Part shown: positions 24,236 to 38,266 of the stretch, in pieces
How the letters are laid out: every line of letters begins with the position of its first letter
How positions within the stretch are numbered: position 1 is the stretch's first letter
Source of the DNA: Felis catus
Lineage: Eukaryota
Assembly: GCF_018350175.1 (NCBI RefSeq)
Contig: NC_058368.1
Coordinates: 217,808,001 to 217,872,000, forward strand
Direction of reading: 5' to 3'
Length of the DNA: 64,000 nt
Translations under genes and position numbers: made by a program
Notes under the pieces: generated by a model
Seen by the model: the letters and a program-made list of their open reading frames with translations, nothing else
Database searches by the model: none
Told to the model about the DNA's origin: nothing

Positions 24236-24716
24236 ATCTGTAAATTTTGTTTCAGTTATCCTAAATGGATTTTGAAACACTAACAAAAAATTACTGGAAT
24301 CATGGCAAAGTTGAAACTACTAAGTCTTTGCTTTTTAAAACAATTTTAATTATATTCATGTCTAGTCTGTCTATTCTGCAATACATATTTATATTATCTT
24401 GTGGTCTGTAAACTGGTGTGAACACTTGGTTCGTAACTGCAGTAGGTGCATGTTGATTGATGCCACTGGACTTGTAGTTTATGCTAAAAAACCTTATCAA
24501 TTCTCTTGAACATTTGAAACTTTGAAGGATTGGACAATAAGAACACAGACTTCGTGGTAATATTCATTGTGGTAGTAAGATTCATCGTGCTAGGTTTGGA
24601 GATGCTACACTACTAGCTCTTTATGTCTTCACAAGATGTATCTGCCGAAGAAGGAAAAAAATATCCCCCTTACGCAGCTTTTAAGAATGTTCTGACTGAG
24701 GCTGAGTGGAACCAGA

Positions 24717-24717
<1 letters not shown>

Positions 24718-24747
<30 letters not shown>
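24718..24747. repeat. A30 homopolymer
   Basis: Seen directly. Confidence 0.97.
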
Positions 24748-24749
<2 letters not shown>

Positions 24750-25055
24750 AGGAGGGAGATGCCTACCTCACATAATATATGGATAAAGGTGACTTCAATA
24801 GCTAGCTCTCACTTTGTATCAAGATTTCTTCGTTAATTGTAGGGTGTCATTATAAAGTGACAGATCCTGGGACTCCTTATTTTCAATAAATGTATGACAT
24901 ACCAATCTTGGAAGACAAATGACATGCAAAACCTTCATCACTGAAGAGAACCAGCTTCTCCATCAAATTATCACTTTCCTTAATTATGTCTGTTTTACTT
25001 CAATGAAAGATGTATGTCTGCTTTACTGCCTTTACTCATTCATCTTCATCACACA

Positions 25056-25056
<1 letters not shown>

Positions 25057-25098
<42 letters not shown>
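25057..25098. repeat. (CA)n microsatellite
   Basis: Seen directly. Confidence 0.97.
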
Positions 25099-25100
<2 letters not shown>

Positions 25101-26082
25101 GTATCCATGGTAGAAAAGGCATTATTAGAAGGTAGTAAGAAAATAAATACTATATAACTTGCCAAAATTATTCCTATCTTGTCCATAGTAAAAATCAAAT
25201 CAAAATCTTTTAGCTCTAACTTCTGTCTCTCCAAATGGAATATTTCTTACATACAAGCTGTAAGTATTTAGATTCTATTTATCATGACAATCTTTTGCAA
25301 ATGACAGTGAATTTTAACATTTCTTTACACAGTATGCTGATTGGATTGCAGTTTTTGCTGACTTCTTTTGCTCTACATTATCAAGAGTAATTAGCCAATG
25401 ATGTCTGTACACCCTAAATATCATTTAACTACATTCAGAAACATGTATTTCTATTGTTTGAATAAAACCAAGGGCATAACTAAACATATGTATTAACTTG
25501 CTGTTAAAACTGGAAAAATTTAGATGCTTAAGATTGAATACAAAGCAATATAAGACACTGTAAATTCAGTTACATAAATTTTAATGGTTTTTATTATGCT
25601 CAAAGAAGTATATGAAATATAAAAAAATAACACAGCATACTCTTTGACCCTAATTAGTTGTTTGTTTTGTGATAAATTTTATTGGAGTATGTGTATATTA
25701 CTCAGCTATTTCTTGATTAAAAAAACAAATCTGTGCATTGGCTGGAGTTGAGGTGATCCTGGCTGCCTCAGCTGATTCTGGGGGGCTTGCTCCAGGATCT
25801 GTGGGATGCTGGGCTCTCTTGTGTGGTCTGTTCCTTGATTGAGACTATATTCTAGGTGGGGACCGTTTCTTGATCTTTAGATCAACTCTGCTGTCTGTGT
25901 TTCTGCTGAACACATTAACCTGCTGAAAACAATGGGCTAGCCTGGCCATATCCTTCTAATGGTGATGACAGAAGATCAAGAAACAAGCAGAAATAGGAAA
26001 GCACTGTCAAACATCCTATAGCGTTATGTCTACTAACCACACATTGATCAAACAGGTTAAACAGACTCAAACTGAGAGGATG

Positions 26083-26495
26083 TTGTGTTTCAGTTACCAC
26101 TGATGCATAACAAACTAGCCTCAATCGTAATGGCTTAACAAAACAAGCATTTTATTATCCATCATGGATTCTTACTGTCTCAACTCTAGGTTAGATTGAC
26201 TATTACTCTTGCTTTCCATGCAAATGGAAATGTGGTCACTCAGTGATTATCAGCTAGTAGATAGCTTTGTCCAGAGGGTTGAAGTTGGCTACTTTAACCT
26301 GTTGGGCATTTGGGCTAAAATCGATGAAATTTTGTTCTCCTATGACATCAGAATGCCCAGATATGACCAGTCCTGCATGATGGTCCTGGAATAGACAGAT
26401 TTCTACATGGTTATGTCTTCATCCAGAGAAAGTATGCAAAGAGATCCATGCAGAAGTTGCATGAACTTTCTGACTGGTCTTGGACATTGTTCAGC

Positions 26496-26532
<37 letters not shown>

Positions 26533-26944
26533 TCCCACCACATTCTATTAATTAAAAGCAAATTATAAAACCACACTCAATTCATTGGGAGCGGTATTAG
26601 ACTTCACTTTCTTTTATAAATTTTATTTATTATTATTATTTTAATGTTTATTTTTAAGAGAGAAAGAGAGACAAGAGTGTGAACAAGAGAGGAGCAGAGA
26701 GAAAAAGGGAGACACAGAATCTGAAGCAGGTTCCAGGCTCTGACTGTCAGCACAGAGTCTGATGCAGGGCTTGAATCCACAAGCTGTGAGATCATGACCT
26801 GAGCTGAAGTTGGACGTTTAACCAACTGAGCCACTCAGGAGCCCCAGATTTCACTTTCTGATGGCAAAATCACATTGTACCAGAGTATGGACGATGGAAG
26901 ACATTATTGTAGATGGACATCTTTGGAAAATAAAATATCCCATA
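26083..26944 (-). mobile_element. MLT1 (F-like) LTR interrupted by a SINE
   Basis: tcagttaccactgatgcataacaaacta..tggcttaacaaaacaagcattttattat; cacattctattaattaaagcaa; catctttggaaaataaaatatcccata. Confidence 0.7.
26613..26845 (-). mobile_element. CAN-SINE
   Basis: TSD aga(c/t)ttcactttct at 26599-26612 and 26846-26859. Confidence 0.96.
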
Positions 26945-27086
26945 TACAGCAAAGTTACATATGGTAAAGATCGTGGATATAAGGAGAGAGAAAAAACTAT
27001 AACTGCTAAGGAAATTCACCAGGGACATGTATACTGATATTTGTGAAAATGATTTTAATAACTCTTGCTTAAATGGTAAGAATATA

Positions 27087-27287
27087 GGGGCACCTGCGTG
27101 GCTCAGTCAGTTAAGCTTCTGACTCTTAATTTCAACTCAGGTCATGATCCCTTGGCTCATGAGATCAAGCCCCACATCAGGCTCTGTGCTGACAGTGTGG
27201 AGCCTGCTTGGAATTCTCTTTCTCCTTCTCTTTGCCCCTCCCCTGCTCATGTGCTTTCTCTATCAAAATAAATAAATAAAGTTAAAA
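27087..27287 (+). mobile_element. CAN-SINE
   Basis: Flanked by aaatggtaagaatata and aaatagttaagaatata. Confidence 0.95.
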
Positions 27288-27599
27288 AAATAGTTAAGAA
27301 TATAATTTGACAAAATGTAAAATATAAATGTGTACATTCTATTGCCTAACAATATTGATGTTATACAAAAACATTTTTAAGAATGTGTTCAAAGAATTAG
27401 TTCTATAGATATTCTTTGAAGCATGTGTAGAATAATAAAATTCAGAAGGAACCTAAACCGTCAAAAGTAAAACTATGATTAAAAAAGAAAAACTAAAGAT
27501 TTTTGAAAAAAACACTCGAAGGACATTAAGAGTAACATAAACACATTTACTTAGAAATATCTTAACATATTAAGCTAAACAATGAGTTTTAATCTAGAT

Positions 27600-27955
27600 G
27601 TGCAAGCTAATCTAGATTAAGAGCTGTTAATACCTACCACCATGTCTCACTCTGGACATAGAGCTAAACTGTAACAACTCTGGTATATGAAGTTAGATAA
27701 GGTCATATCACTAATTTTCATCTGATGAAATAGTTAAGATACATACTTTGGCATAAAAACAACCCTCACATATATGCAGACATGGTCCCCTATGCCTTTC
27801 TCTCCTTCCAGGTAACTAGATAGGCAACAAAACTGAGTGACTTTGAAATCAACATCATCTGTCTAAACAGTTACATGGGGAAAAAATAAACTTGTTATTC
27901 TTTAACCACTAAATTTTTCAGGTTTGTTGGTTCCCTCATCTTATCCTGACTTCAC
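27600..27955 (+). mobile_element. Very old MLT1-like LTR remnant
   Basis: 3' end aaaataaacttgttattctttaaccactaaattttt..ggtttgttggt..tatcctgact. 5' boundary uncertain. Confidence 0.45.
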
Positions 27956-27992
27956 TTATTCAGTAATGCTGTCTTATTGCTATAAGATAATA

Positions 27993-28175
27993 AGCAGAGT
28001 GTAGTTATTAAGAGAAATGTCTCTGAAGCCACACTGTGTGGGTTTAACCATGGGCTCTGACCCCTTCTAGAATGTGATCTTTGGCAAGTTATTCAGTCTC
28101 CGTATGCCTCAGTGTCTATAACATTGCAATGTGCATAAAAAAGAGTGCTTATTGATAGAAATATTTCAGTAACTG
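27993..28175 (+). mobile_element. MIR
   Basis: gtagttattaagaga..ctctgaagccacactgtgtgggttt..tgtgatctttggcaagttattcagtctccgtatgcctcagt. Confidence 0.8.
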
Positions 28176-28734
28176 GAAGATAAGACCAAAAAAAAAAAAG
28201 CAAGTTTGACTGAGACTTCAGTGTCATGCTGTAGCCTTGTCTAGCAGGTGAATCCAAGGAGTATTTAATTCCCTAGGGATGTGCTTCTGTTTACTCTTTG
28301 AAGGTATACGTGAAAATGGAGCTTTCTGTTCATTAGAGATTCCAGCTGCATAGTTTAAAAAAACACCTCTGTATATTTAGAACTATTATTTCCTGAGAAT
28401 ATTATAGACTTGCTCCTAACCTTGTGATTTTCTGCCAATATTCTTTCTTTGATGCCTATAAATACTCAATTTTCCAAATGTTCTTTGAACATTGTTTTAT
28501 TATCCTGGTGGTTTCATCATTAGTGAATTAAACCTTTGATATATTTTATTCCTTGGAAAACACAAAATGTGTGCATAACAGGCACATAATAAAAGTGTTT
28601 AAAGAGTGTCTAATATAAAATTTAACCATAGTAAATAGCGCATGTCATTGGATATTCTGACAAAAGCATATTTAGTAGTTTGAAGGAATGAAACCAGCTA
28701 GAGTTGGCTAAAAATAAAACAAGAGATTTAGAGA

Positions 28735-30006
28735 CAGTGATGGGAGCAATATAGTTTTCCTTTCCCTCTCCATTTGTCCCCAAAGTCTCACATGAGACTG
28801 GACAACCAGGATGGCAAAACCAATAAACCATTGACACATCTACGTAAAAAAACAAAAACAAAAACAAAAACATTTGCATCTAGGTAAAAAGGTATCCTGA
28901 CCAATTTGTCAACCAGGAAGGAATATAATTAAGCACCAATAGCTACAAGACCAATGTGAAAGACCAATAACTATGTGGGAGAAATAAAAACCGAAGAACT
29001 ACAGAGTTGTCAAACACTACCGAAAGGAAAGGGTGGTGGGTCCACTAGAGGTGAGGAGATTAAATCATGAGGGGTGTTACAAGCACTAAGATGAATATAA
29101 GGGGGAGTGTAGAAAAGTTGCAGGGAATCAAGTTGTCCGGAGCCTGTGAATTTGTAAGTTAACAAATTCTATTTCTCTTCCTGGACAAAGACCCCTTGGA
29201 CTGAGTAGAATCTGCTCAAAATAGAATCCAAATTATACATGAATAGAACAACTGGGGAGATAGACATATGAAGCAAAATGTGTGAGAGGAAGCAGAGGAA
29301 GCTGATCTAAGAATACAGAATGCCATATTCATAATAACTTCTCAGGAATAACAGAAGAGGGAGCTCTGGGATCATGAAACTGGAAAATTTATTCCGATCT
29401 GCTCCTCCTACAGGAAAATCATGTGATATAAACTTGGGAAACAGAAAGTATTGCCAAATCAGTGAAAATCAGAACTGCAAAGATTTTAAAATCTAATAAA
29501 TAAGAAAGAATTAATAGAAAGACATATTCACAACAAGACCTAAAAAGTCTGGCCCATATTTTAAAACTAAAAAGAATTAAGAAAAAGAAGGATATATGAA
29601 AAAATACAGCAGTGATCAGTATAAGATGATTGAACAATAGGAAGGTACATAAGCAAAGATTACAGAACTCTAAAACTAATGAAAATACCTCAATAAAATC
29701 CTTTTGATATAAATACTAAAGTAAAAGAGACAAAAAATTAAATACAATTAATTATAACGATAAAAATAGAAATGTAAAAAATAAGGATAAAAAGGGATCA
29801 TAGACAAAGTGATAGCACAAAACATGTGTTAAGGTGTAACTTAATAAAATATTTCTAAATTTAACAAAAAAATTGTCAGTCGTAAGAAACACAAAGAGAG
29901 GTGAAGCACTGTTTCAGAATAAAGAAAACCAGAGACCTGGCAGTTAAATACAATGTATGACCCTGGATTATATCCTGGAACAATCAACCAGCTTCCTGCT
30001 CCCCCC

Positions 30007-30058
<52 letters not shown>

Positions 30059-30230
30059 AAACTTAAAGGGAAGGAAGGAAGAGAGGGAGGAAAAGAGAGG
30101 GGGGAAAGTAACAAGAGAGTCAGGGAGAGGGAGACTTGAATCTGCAAAGTGAAAGAATACACAGTCACTGGATCAATCAACCAAGAATTGACTATAAAAT
30201 GATACATACACCAGAAAAACTAGGCAGCAA
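28735..30230 (+). mobile_element. Very old L1ME/HAL1-like 5' and ORF1 remnants
   Basis: A-rich sense tract; gacttgaatctgcaaagtgaaagaatacac resembles ORF1. Heavily decayed. Confidence 0.35.
30008..30054. repeat. (CA)n microsatellite
   Basis: Seen directly. Confidence 0.97.
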
Positions 30231-32242
30231 AAATTGGGACGTGATGGTGACTTTTTCCAAAAATTCAGGAGGATTTTCTATTGACAACAGGATTTGTGGA
30301 ACTGAAAGGTGAAAATAATCGGTAGCTCTTATTCCATAGAAACTTGACAAAGAACAAACAGACTTTAAAAAAAATCTAAAAATGTGATTATTTATGCTCC
30401 ACTACCTCAAGATCCAAGATCTGTGCCCACAACTACACCCCCAACCAAAAACAAACATAAAACCTTAGTCCTAGTCTTTCATCTGGGATCGTTGTTTTTT
30501 TTTCCCCCTATAACCATCTATCTTTCAAAAACAGCAAAGGATAAGTTGGCCTTGGAGGGCCCACACTTTATAGTCTTGTTGTACAGTTCAGGTCATCAAC
30601 AATAAAGCGTTGGTATTAAGACAATAAGGATTGTGGAATTCTATGTACTGCTTTGGTTCAATGACTGAAAAATAGAAATTTAATCTAAAATAAAATTACA
30701 AAATTTAAAACTGAGTAGTACTGATATCAGGACTTTGGTTCCTCAATTCATTGTTTTGCTACAAATTTGAGAAATGCTCCCACCATGAGATAAGATAACC
30801 AAGTTTCTGGGTTTTGTTTATTTGTTTCATTTTGATATGTCATTTTTTTACAGGTAGTTATTATTTTTTCTCCATTAATACAGATATGCTATTATGTAGA
30901 TACAAAGAGCTCATACAATTTCCTTTAACATTAATTTTTTTTACTGACATTTAGAGAATGTTACTCAGTTCATATATGGTTTTAGCTAAGACACACATTG
31001 TATTTTAAGTATAGCATAAAAGTAAACACTGGTCCTATAATTATCTATATAAGTAACATTTTTTTTTTGTAAACAGCTCATTTTATATGTGCTACTATAG
31101 CCCCTTGAACCTGTCAATTCTGCACATGTTATAAAAATATATCTAATGCCTGAAACGTGATAAGTTCATTAAGTATGTCAGAGACATGTGAGGATAGACT
31201 TTTCACAATATTGAAAAATATTATATGAATGTCAGATTTTCCAACATCTGACACATATCCATGAAGTTTCATCACACACAAGCCATGTTTGGCTGACAGC
31301 CTGCTCTGAAAAGAATTGGTAAAGAAGCAGCAGCAGTGGGAATTCAAGACAACTGTTGTCTGAGACACTGTGTTCAGAGTATAACCTTTCAGTTGTTAAG
31401 ATGATTCCCCTAGTTTTACAGTAGCATAAGTCTGAGAGGCCAACATATTATGAAGCAGATATCAAAAAGGGGCTTGGGATATACATTCAGATATCACATG
31501 AATCAAGAAGGAAGCTCATAAGGAAAATCAGTCAAGGAAAAGAGTAATGCTGGCAAGGTATCCATGACACAAAGGAAGTAGCAAATCACTGATGGTAACC
31601 CTACTGAGAGGCTTTACAGACACACACGCACACAAACACACACACACAACTAAATACCTACTTGTATGGTAAAAATTAAAAAGACAAAATTGGAATTTTC
31701 TAATATGATACAGTGGTACAAATTTAATAGAAAAATATAACTTATATGATGGAGAATTATAACACATATGTAGCAACACAGTGCCATGAGTTTAGTCAAC
31801 GCCTTCATATGTTTAGAAATTATTAACAGACATATACGATTTTCACACAACATGAGCAAAGCACATTACCATAAAATTGAACATCAAAATTAACTAGAAT
31901 GCAAGAAGACAATAAACACTTGAAGATTTGGAAAATTTATTTCTCAATAGTTGAAAGAAACCTTCCCAGTAAATGCTTTTCTTCACAAGGGAGAATGTAG
32001 GTAAAAAAAAAAAACTTTTGAGGTCACTGTTACCCAAAATAATCTATTAATTAAAATCTGAGCATTTCCATCAAAACTTCTTTAAGGGGAGATATCACTT
32101 CAATCCTGAAGCCACAGAGCCTGTTCATTTCCGTAAATAACTGAATGATCTGTTAAAAAATCTGGCTAAGAAAGTATTAATATGTTTTTAACTCTTGTGT
32201 AAGTGAATGCCTACATAAAAATATGTAAATAACCTGTCTTTA

Positions 32243-32433
32243 CAGCTTTGATTACCAAATTGTATTGTGTATCATAATCACTTGGTGTTCTTGTTTAAAA
32301 TGCAAGTAATTGGTCTTCACCCCCAACATTCTGTAGATGTTCTCCATCTATTCCTACGTGAATTTGCATTTGAAACGAGCACCCCCAAGATTACCATGCA
32401 AGTCATTGGCCAGCCACAATTTAAGAGATATGG
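32243..32433. mobile_element. MER5-like hAT-Charlie fossil
   Basis: tgtgtatcataatcacttgg..cttgtttaaaatgca..cacccccaa..gaatttgcatttgaaacgagcacccc..ccacaatttaagaga. Confidence 0.7.
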
Positions 32434-32884
32434 GTATACAGGAATTATACCTAGAACCAACTGATAACTCTACTTTAAATGTTAAGAAATATACAGATGC
32501 AAAGTAAATATATTATAAATTTCAGAAAGAGTGGACTTCAAAGCACAGTTATCAGGTAAACAAGGGTATTAAATAATGATAAAGGGCCAACTCTCCAAAA
32601 AGACATCAATTTTTAGGTGTATACACCTAGCATCAGAGATTCAAACTAAGCAATGTAACAACAAGTAGATTTGCAAAGAAAAATAGTTGAATCGACTTTC
32701 ATAGTTGAAGACTGCAGCACTCCCCTGTCAGAAATGGACAAGGCAGCAGAATCAGTAGACACATATTTGAACTCAACAACAACACGAATCAAATGAATGT
32801 AATTGACATTTACAGAAAACTACTTCATCTGACAACAGCAGAATACATATACTTCTAGAGTTCACATGGAATAAAAAAAATTAA

Positions 32885-33139
32885 CACAGGCGAAGGGGGA
32901 TAAAGAAGAGGAGGGAGGCAAACCATATGATGCTATTAAGTATACAGAAGAACCTGAGGGTTAATGGAGGGGAGGTGGGCAAAGGATGGACTAAACGGGT
33001 GATAGGTATTAAGGAGGGCACTTGTTATGAGCACCAGGGGTTATATGTAAGTGATGAATCACTAAATTCTACTCCTGAAACCAATATTACACTATATGTA
33101 AACTAACTAGAATTTAAGTAAAAACTTGAAACAAACAAT
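32885..33139 (+). mobile_element. Carnivore L1 3' UTR stub nested in older L1
   Basis: gggaggcaaaccata..gtattaaggagggcacttg..gtaagtgatgaatcactaaattctactcctgaaacc. Flanked by aataaaaaa(aa)ttaa. Confidence 0.9.
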
Positions 33140-34665
33140 AATAAAAAATTAAACTAGAAATCAGTAACAGAAAGACAACTAGAAAATTCCAAAATATGTA
33201 GAAATTAAGCCATACACTTTTAAATAAAATATGGGTCAAAATAGAAATCTGAAGAGAAACTTGAAAAAATATCTTGAACTCAGTAAAAATGAAACCTCAA
33301 CTTAATTTGGGGAGGATGCAGTAAACACAGTGCTTAGAAAAACATTCAAAGCATTGAATGCATATATTAAAAACTAAGAAAAATCTAAAATTAATCATCA
33401 GTGTTTTCAAGTTAGTAATCCAGAAAAATATCAAATTAAATCCAAAATAAGCACAAAAAATAAATAGTAAGAATTAGTGCAGAAATCACTGATTTGAAAA
33501 TTGATAGAGAAAATCAAGGAAACCAAAAGCTGGTCCTTTCAAAAAAATCAATATAATTGGTAAGCCTCTATCCAGGCTAACTAAGAAAAAAAGAGTGAGG
33601 CCAAAAACATTAATATCAGAAATGGACGATGAAACATAACCACAGATCTCATCGACAATAAAACAATAATAAACAGCTACTATGACCAACCCTATGCTCA
33701 CAAATTTGATCATCTAAATGAAATGGGCCACTGCAATGAAAGACTCAATCTAGAAAAACCCACACAAGAACAAGCATTCTGAATAGCCTATATCTATTAA
33801 AAGAAATTGAATCAATAGTTAATAACGTTTGCTAACAGAAAGCATCAGGCCTCAATGAGCACACCGGGAATTCTACCAAGCATTTAAGGAACAAATGATT
33901 CCAATTCTCTACAATTTCTTTCAGAGGACAGAAGTAGAGGGATACTTCCTTCCTAACTAATTCTATGAGGCCACCATTACCCCGTTACCAAAAACAAGAC
34001 AGGTACTAAAAGAAAACTACTAGATCAATACCCCACATGAATACAGATGTGAAATCTTAACAAAATATTAGCAAATCTAATCCAACAATGTATAAAAAAT
34101 TATACACCATGACAAAGTAAGATTTATCCAAGACTCGCCAGCCAGCTGCAATATACACTATCAATTAATGTATGATATCAACAACAAAAAAAACATGATC
34201 ACATCAGTAGATACAGAAAAGGCATTTGAGAATTCAAAGATGATAAACACATTCAACAAACTAGTAACAGAGGGAAACTTAACCCAGCTTCATAAAGACT
34301 AAAGAAACCATACCGCTAATATCATACTTAATGGTGAGAAATTCACAGCTCTCCCACTAAGATTTGGTAGGAGACAAGGATGATCTCTCTCACCACTCAT
34401 CTTCAACTTTGCATTGGAAGTCCTCGCTAATGTGAAATGGAAAGAGCAAATAAAAAGTATACAAATTGGGAATGAAGACATAAAACTGTCTTTGCTTGAA
34501 GACGACATGATTATGTGTGTAGAAAAACTAGAAAAATAAACAGCAACAACAAATCTCATTGGATGTAGTGATTATAGGGAAGTTGCAAAACACAAGGTTA
34601 ATATAAAAAAGTCAATTGTTTTCCTATCCAACAGCAATGAGTACTAAAATTTAAAATTAAAAATA

Positions 34666-34868
34666 GGGGTGCCTGGGTGGCTCAGCTGGTTAAGTGTACA
34701 ACTTTGGCTCTGCTCATGATCTAGTGGTTTGTGGGTTCGAGACCCATGTTGGACTCTATGCTGACAGCTTGGAGCCTGGAGCCTGCTTCAGATTCTGTGT
34801 CTTCCTCTCTCTCTGCTCCTCCCTTGCTCATGCTGTCTCTCTCTCAAAAATAAATAAACATTAAAAAA
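34666..34868 (+). mobile_element. CAN-SINE in L1
   Basis: ggggtgcctgggtggctcagctggttaag head; flanked by tt(a/t)aaattaaaa(a/g)ta. Confidence 0.95.
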
Positions 34869-37597
34869 TTTTTAAATTAAAAGTATAATAACATTTACAA
34901 TAGCACCCCTCAAAAATGTTAAGGGAAAATGTAACAAAATATGTACAAGATGTATATGAAGAAAACTACATGTAATTCTATTGAGAAAAATCAAAGAAGG
35001 ATTAAATAAATGGAGACATATTCTATATTTGCAGATAGGAAGATTAAATATTGTCAAGATGTTGTTTCTTCCCAATGACCTACAGATTGAATGAAATCCC
35101 AATGAAAATCCCAGCAAGTTATTTTGTGAATGTACAAAAATGAATGTGTAAATGGAGAGGGAAAACTTAGAATTGCCAAAATAGGAGAAGAACAAAGTTG
35201 TAGGAAAGATACTACATGAATTCAAGACTTACTAATAAGCCACAGTCATCAAGATAGTGTTGTATTGGCAAAAGAAGAGACAAATAGATCAACAAAATAG
35301 AATAGAGAGCCCATAAATATACCTACCTAAATATAATCAACTGATATTTGACAAAGGGCCAAAGACAATATAATATAGCAAAGATAGTATCTTCAACAAA
35401 TAGTGCTGGAACAAGGAGACATCCACCCTCTTTTAAAAAAATATTAAATAAAAAATATAGACCACTTCTTTAAAAAATTTAAAAAAATAATTTAGACCCA
35501 GACCTTACATTCTTAACAAAAATTAACCAGAAATTGATCATAGACCTAGATGTAAAATGCGAAAGTATACAACAACTAGGAGAAAACACAAGAAAAAACC
35601 TTGATGATCTTGGGTATGATGATGCTTTTCTAGGTAATATCCCAAAAGCATGGGTTATGAAAGTAATAATACATAAGCTGAACTTCATGAAAATTTAAAA
35701 CCTCTACTGTGCAAAAGGTAATTATCGAGAGAATTAGAAGACAATCCTTAGGGTGAAAATATTTTCAAAAGACACATTTGATAAAGGATTGTTATAAAAA
35801 ATATACAAAAAAGTTCTCTTAAAACTCAACAATAAGAAACAACCTGATTAAAAAGTGAGTCAAATACCTGAACAGACAGCTTACCAAAAGAGATACACAG
35901 ATGGCTAATGAGCATATGAAAAAGTGTTCCACATCAGATGTCATCAGGGAAATGCAAACCAAAACAATGAGATACCACTAAACTCCTACTGAAATGCCAA
36001 AATCAGGAACACTGACAAGAACACATGTTGGTGATGCTATGGAGCAACAAGCACTCTAATCCATTACTGGTGGGAATGCAAGATGGTACAGTAATTTTGG
36101 AAGATAGTTTGGCAGTTTCTTATAAAATCAAGCCTACTTTTACCACCTGATCCCACAATCATAGTCTCTAGTATTTACCAAAAAGAAGTTGAAAACATGT
36201 CCACACAAAAACCTACACATAGATTATTGCAGCTTTTCATAATTGCCAAAACTTGGAAGTCATCAAGATGTCCTTAGTAGGTGAATGGATAAACTGTGGT
36301 ATATCCAAACAATGGAATGTTATCAGCACTAAAAATAAGTGATCTTTTTTTAAAGGTTTTATTTAAATTCCAGTTATTTAACATACAGTGTGATATTAGT
36401 TTGAGGTGTACAATAGAGTGATTCAACACTTCCATACAATACCTGGTACTCCTTAATTTGATAATTTCTTTATATATTTTGAATACTAACCTTATATCAG
36501 ATATGCTATTTGCAAATATCTTCTCTCATTCTATAGGTTGCCTTTTAGTTTTGTTGATACTTTCCTTCATTGTGCAGAACTGTTTTTATGAAGTCTCAAT
36601 AGTTTATTTCTGCTTTTGTTTCCCTTGCCTTTAGAGACATACCAAGAAGGAAGTTGTTACAGCTGATTTCAAAGAGGTTACTATGTTCTCCTCTAGGATT
36701 TTGATGGTTTCCTGTTTCACAGTTAGGTCTTTCATCCATTTTGAATTTATTTTTGTGTTCAGTGTAAGACAGTAGTCCAGTTTCATTGTTCTGCAGGTAG
36801 TTCTCCAGTTTTCCAAACACCGTTTGTTGAAGAGATTGTATTTTTTCCATTGGATATGCTTTCCTACTTTCCTGAAGATCAATAGACTATTTGTTGTGGG
36901 TTCATGTATGGGTTTTCTATTCTGTTCTATTGGTCTATGTGTCTATTTTTGTGTCTGTACCACACCGTCTTAATGAGTACAGCTTTGTAATACAACTTGA
37001 AGTCTGGAATTGTGATACCTCCAGCTTTGCCTCTCTTTTTCAGGATTGCTTTAACTATTTAGGATCTTTTGTAGTTCCATACAGGTTTCATGATTGTTTG
37101 TTCAAGGTCTGTGCAAAATGGTGGTATTTTGATAGGGATTGCATTAACTTTGGGTAGTATTCTGACAATATTTTTTCTTCCAATCCATTAAATTACATAG
37201 AAACTAAAAACAATGGAACAGATCAATGAAACCAGGGTCTGGTTCTTCAAAAAGTTAGTAAAAGTTCATAAGTCTAGCCAGACTTATGAAAAAGGACCCA
37301 AATAAATAAAATCACAAATGAGAGAGGAGAAAAAACAACCAACTCCACAGAAATACAAACAATTATATGAGAATATTATGAAAAACTACAGGGCAACAAA
37401 TTGGACAACCTGGAAGAAATTGACAAATTCTAGAAACATAGAAACTACCAAAACTGAAACAGGAAGAAATAGAAAACTCAAAATACTGATAACCAGCAAA
37501 GAAATTGAATGAGTAATTAAAACACTCCCCACAAACAAAATCCAGGGCCAGATGACTTCACAAGTGAATTCTACCAACTTTTTATTCTACCAACATT

Positions 37598-37807
37598 ATT
37601 TTTAAAGTTTTATTTATTTTTGAGACAAAGAGAGACAGAGCATGAGTGGGGGAGGGACAGAGAAAGAGGGAGACAAAGAATCTGAAGCAGGCTCCAGGCT
37701 CTGAGCTGTCAGCACAGAGCCCTACACAGGGCTTGACCCCACGAACCATGCAATCATGACCTGAGCCGAAGTTTGACCCTTAACCAACTGAGCCACCCAT
37801 GAACCCC
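37598..37807 (-). mobile_element. CAN-SINE in L1
   Basis: Flanked by attctaccaaca. Confidence 0.95.
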
Positions 37808-37894
37808 TAATTCTACCAACAATTAGAGTTAATACCTATTCTTCTGAAACTACCCCAAAAATAAAAAAGGAAGGAAAACTTCAAAATCCATTCT

Positions 37895-38105
37895 TTTTTT
37901 TTTAATGTTTATTTATTTTTGAGACAATGCGAGAGACAGAGTGCAAGCAGCGGAGGGGCAGACAGACGGAGACACAGATTCCGAAGGGGGCTCCAGGCTC
38001 TGAAATGTCAGCCCAGAGCCCAACGCGGGGCTGGAACTCACAAACCGTGAGATCATGACCTGAGCCGAAGTTGGACACTTAACCACTGAGCCACTCAGGC
38101 GCTCC
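37895..38105 (-). mobile_element. CAN-SINE in L1
   Basis: Perfect 14-bp TSD tcaaaatccattct at 37881-37894 and 38106-38119. Confidence 0.96.
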
Positions 38106-38266
38106 TCAAAATCCATTCTATGAGGCCACCATTACCCTGAGAGCAAACCAGATAAAGACTCTACTAAAAAAGAGAACTACAGGCCAGTATCCCCAATGAA
38201 CATGGATGCAAAAATTCACAATAAAATACTAGTAAACAAAATCCAACATTATATTTAAAAACATCA

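Larger units (their letters stand above)
25730..27021 (-). mobile_element. Old MLT1 (G/H-like) LTR split by a second MLT1
   Basis: gggctagcctggccatatccttctaatggtgatgacagaag..caagaaacaagcagaaa. Resumes at about 26948 with gcaaagttacatatggtaaagatcgtggatataaggagag. Confidence 0.55.
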
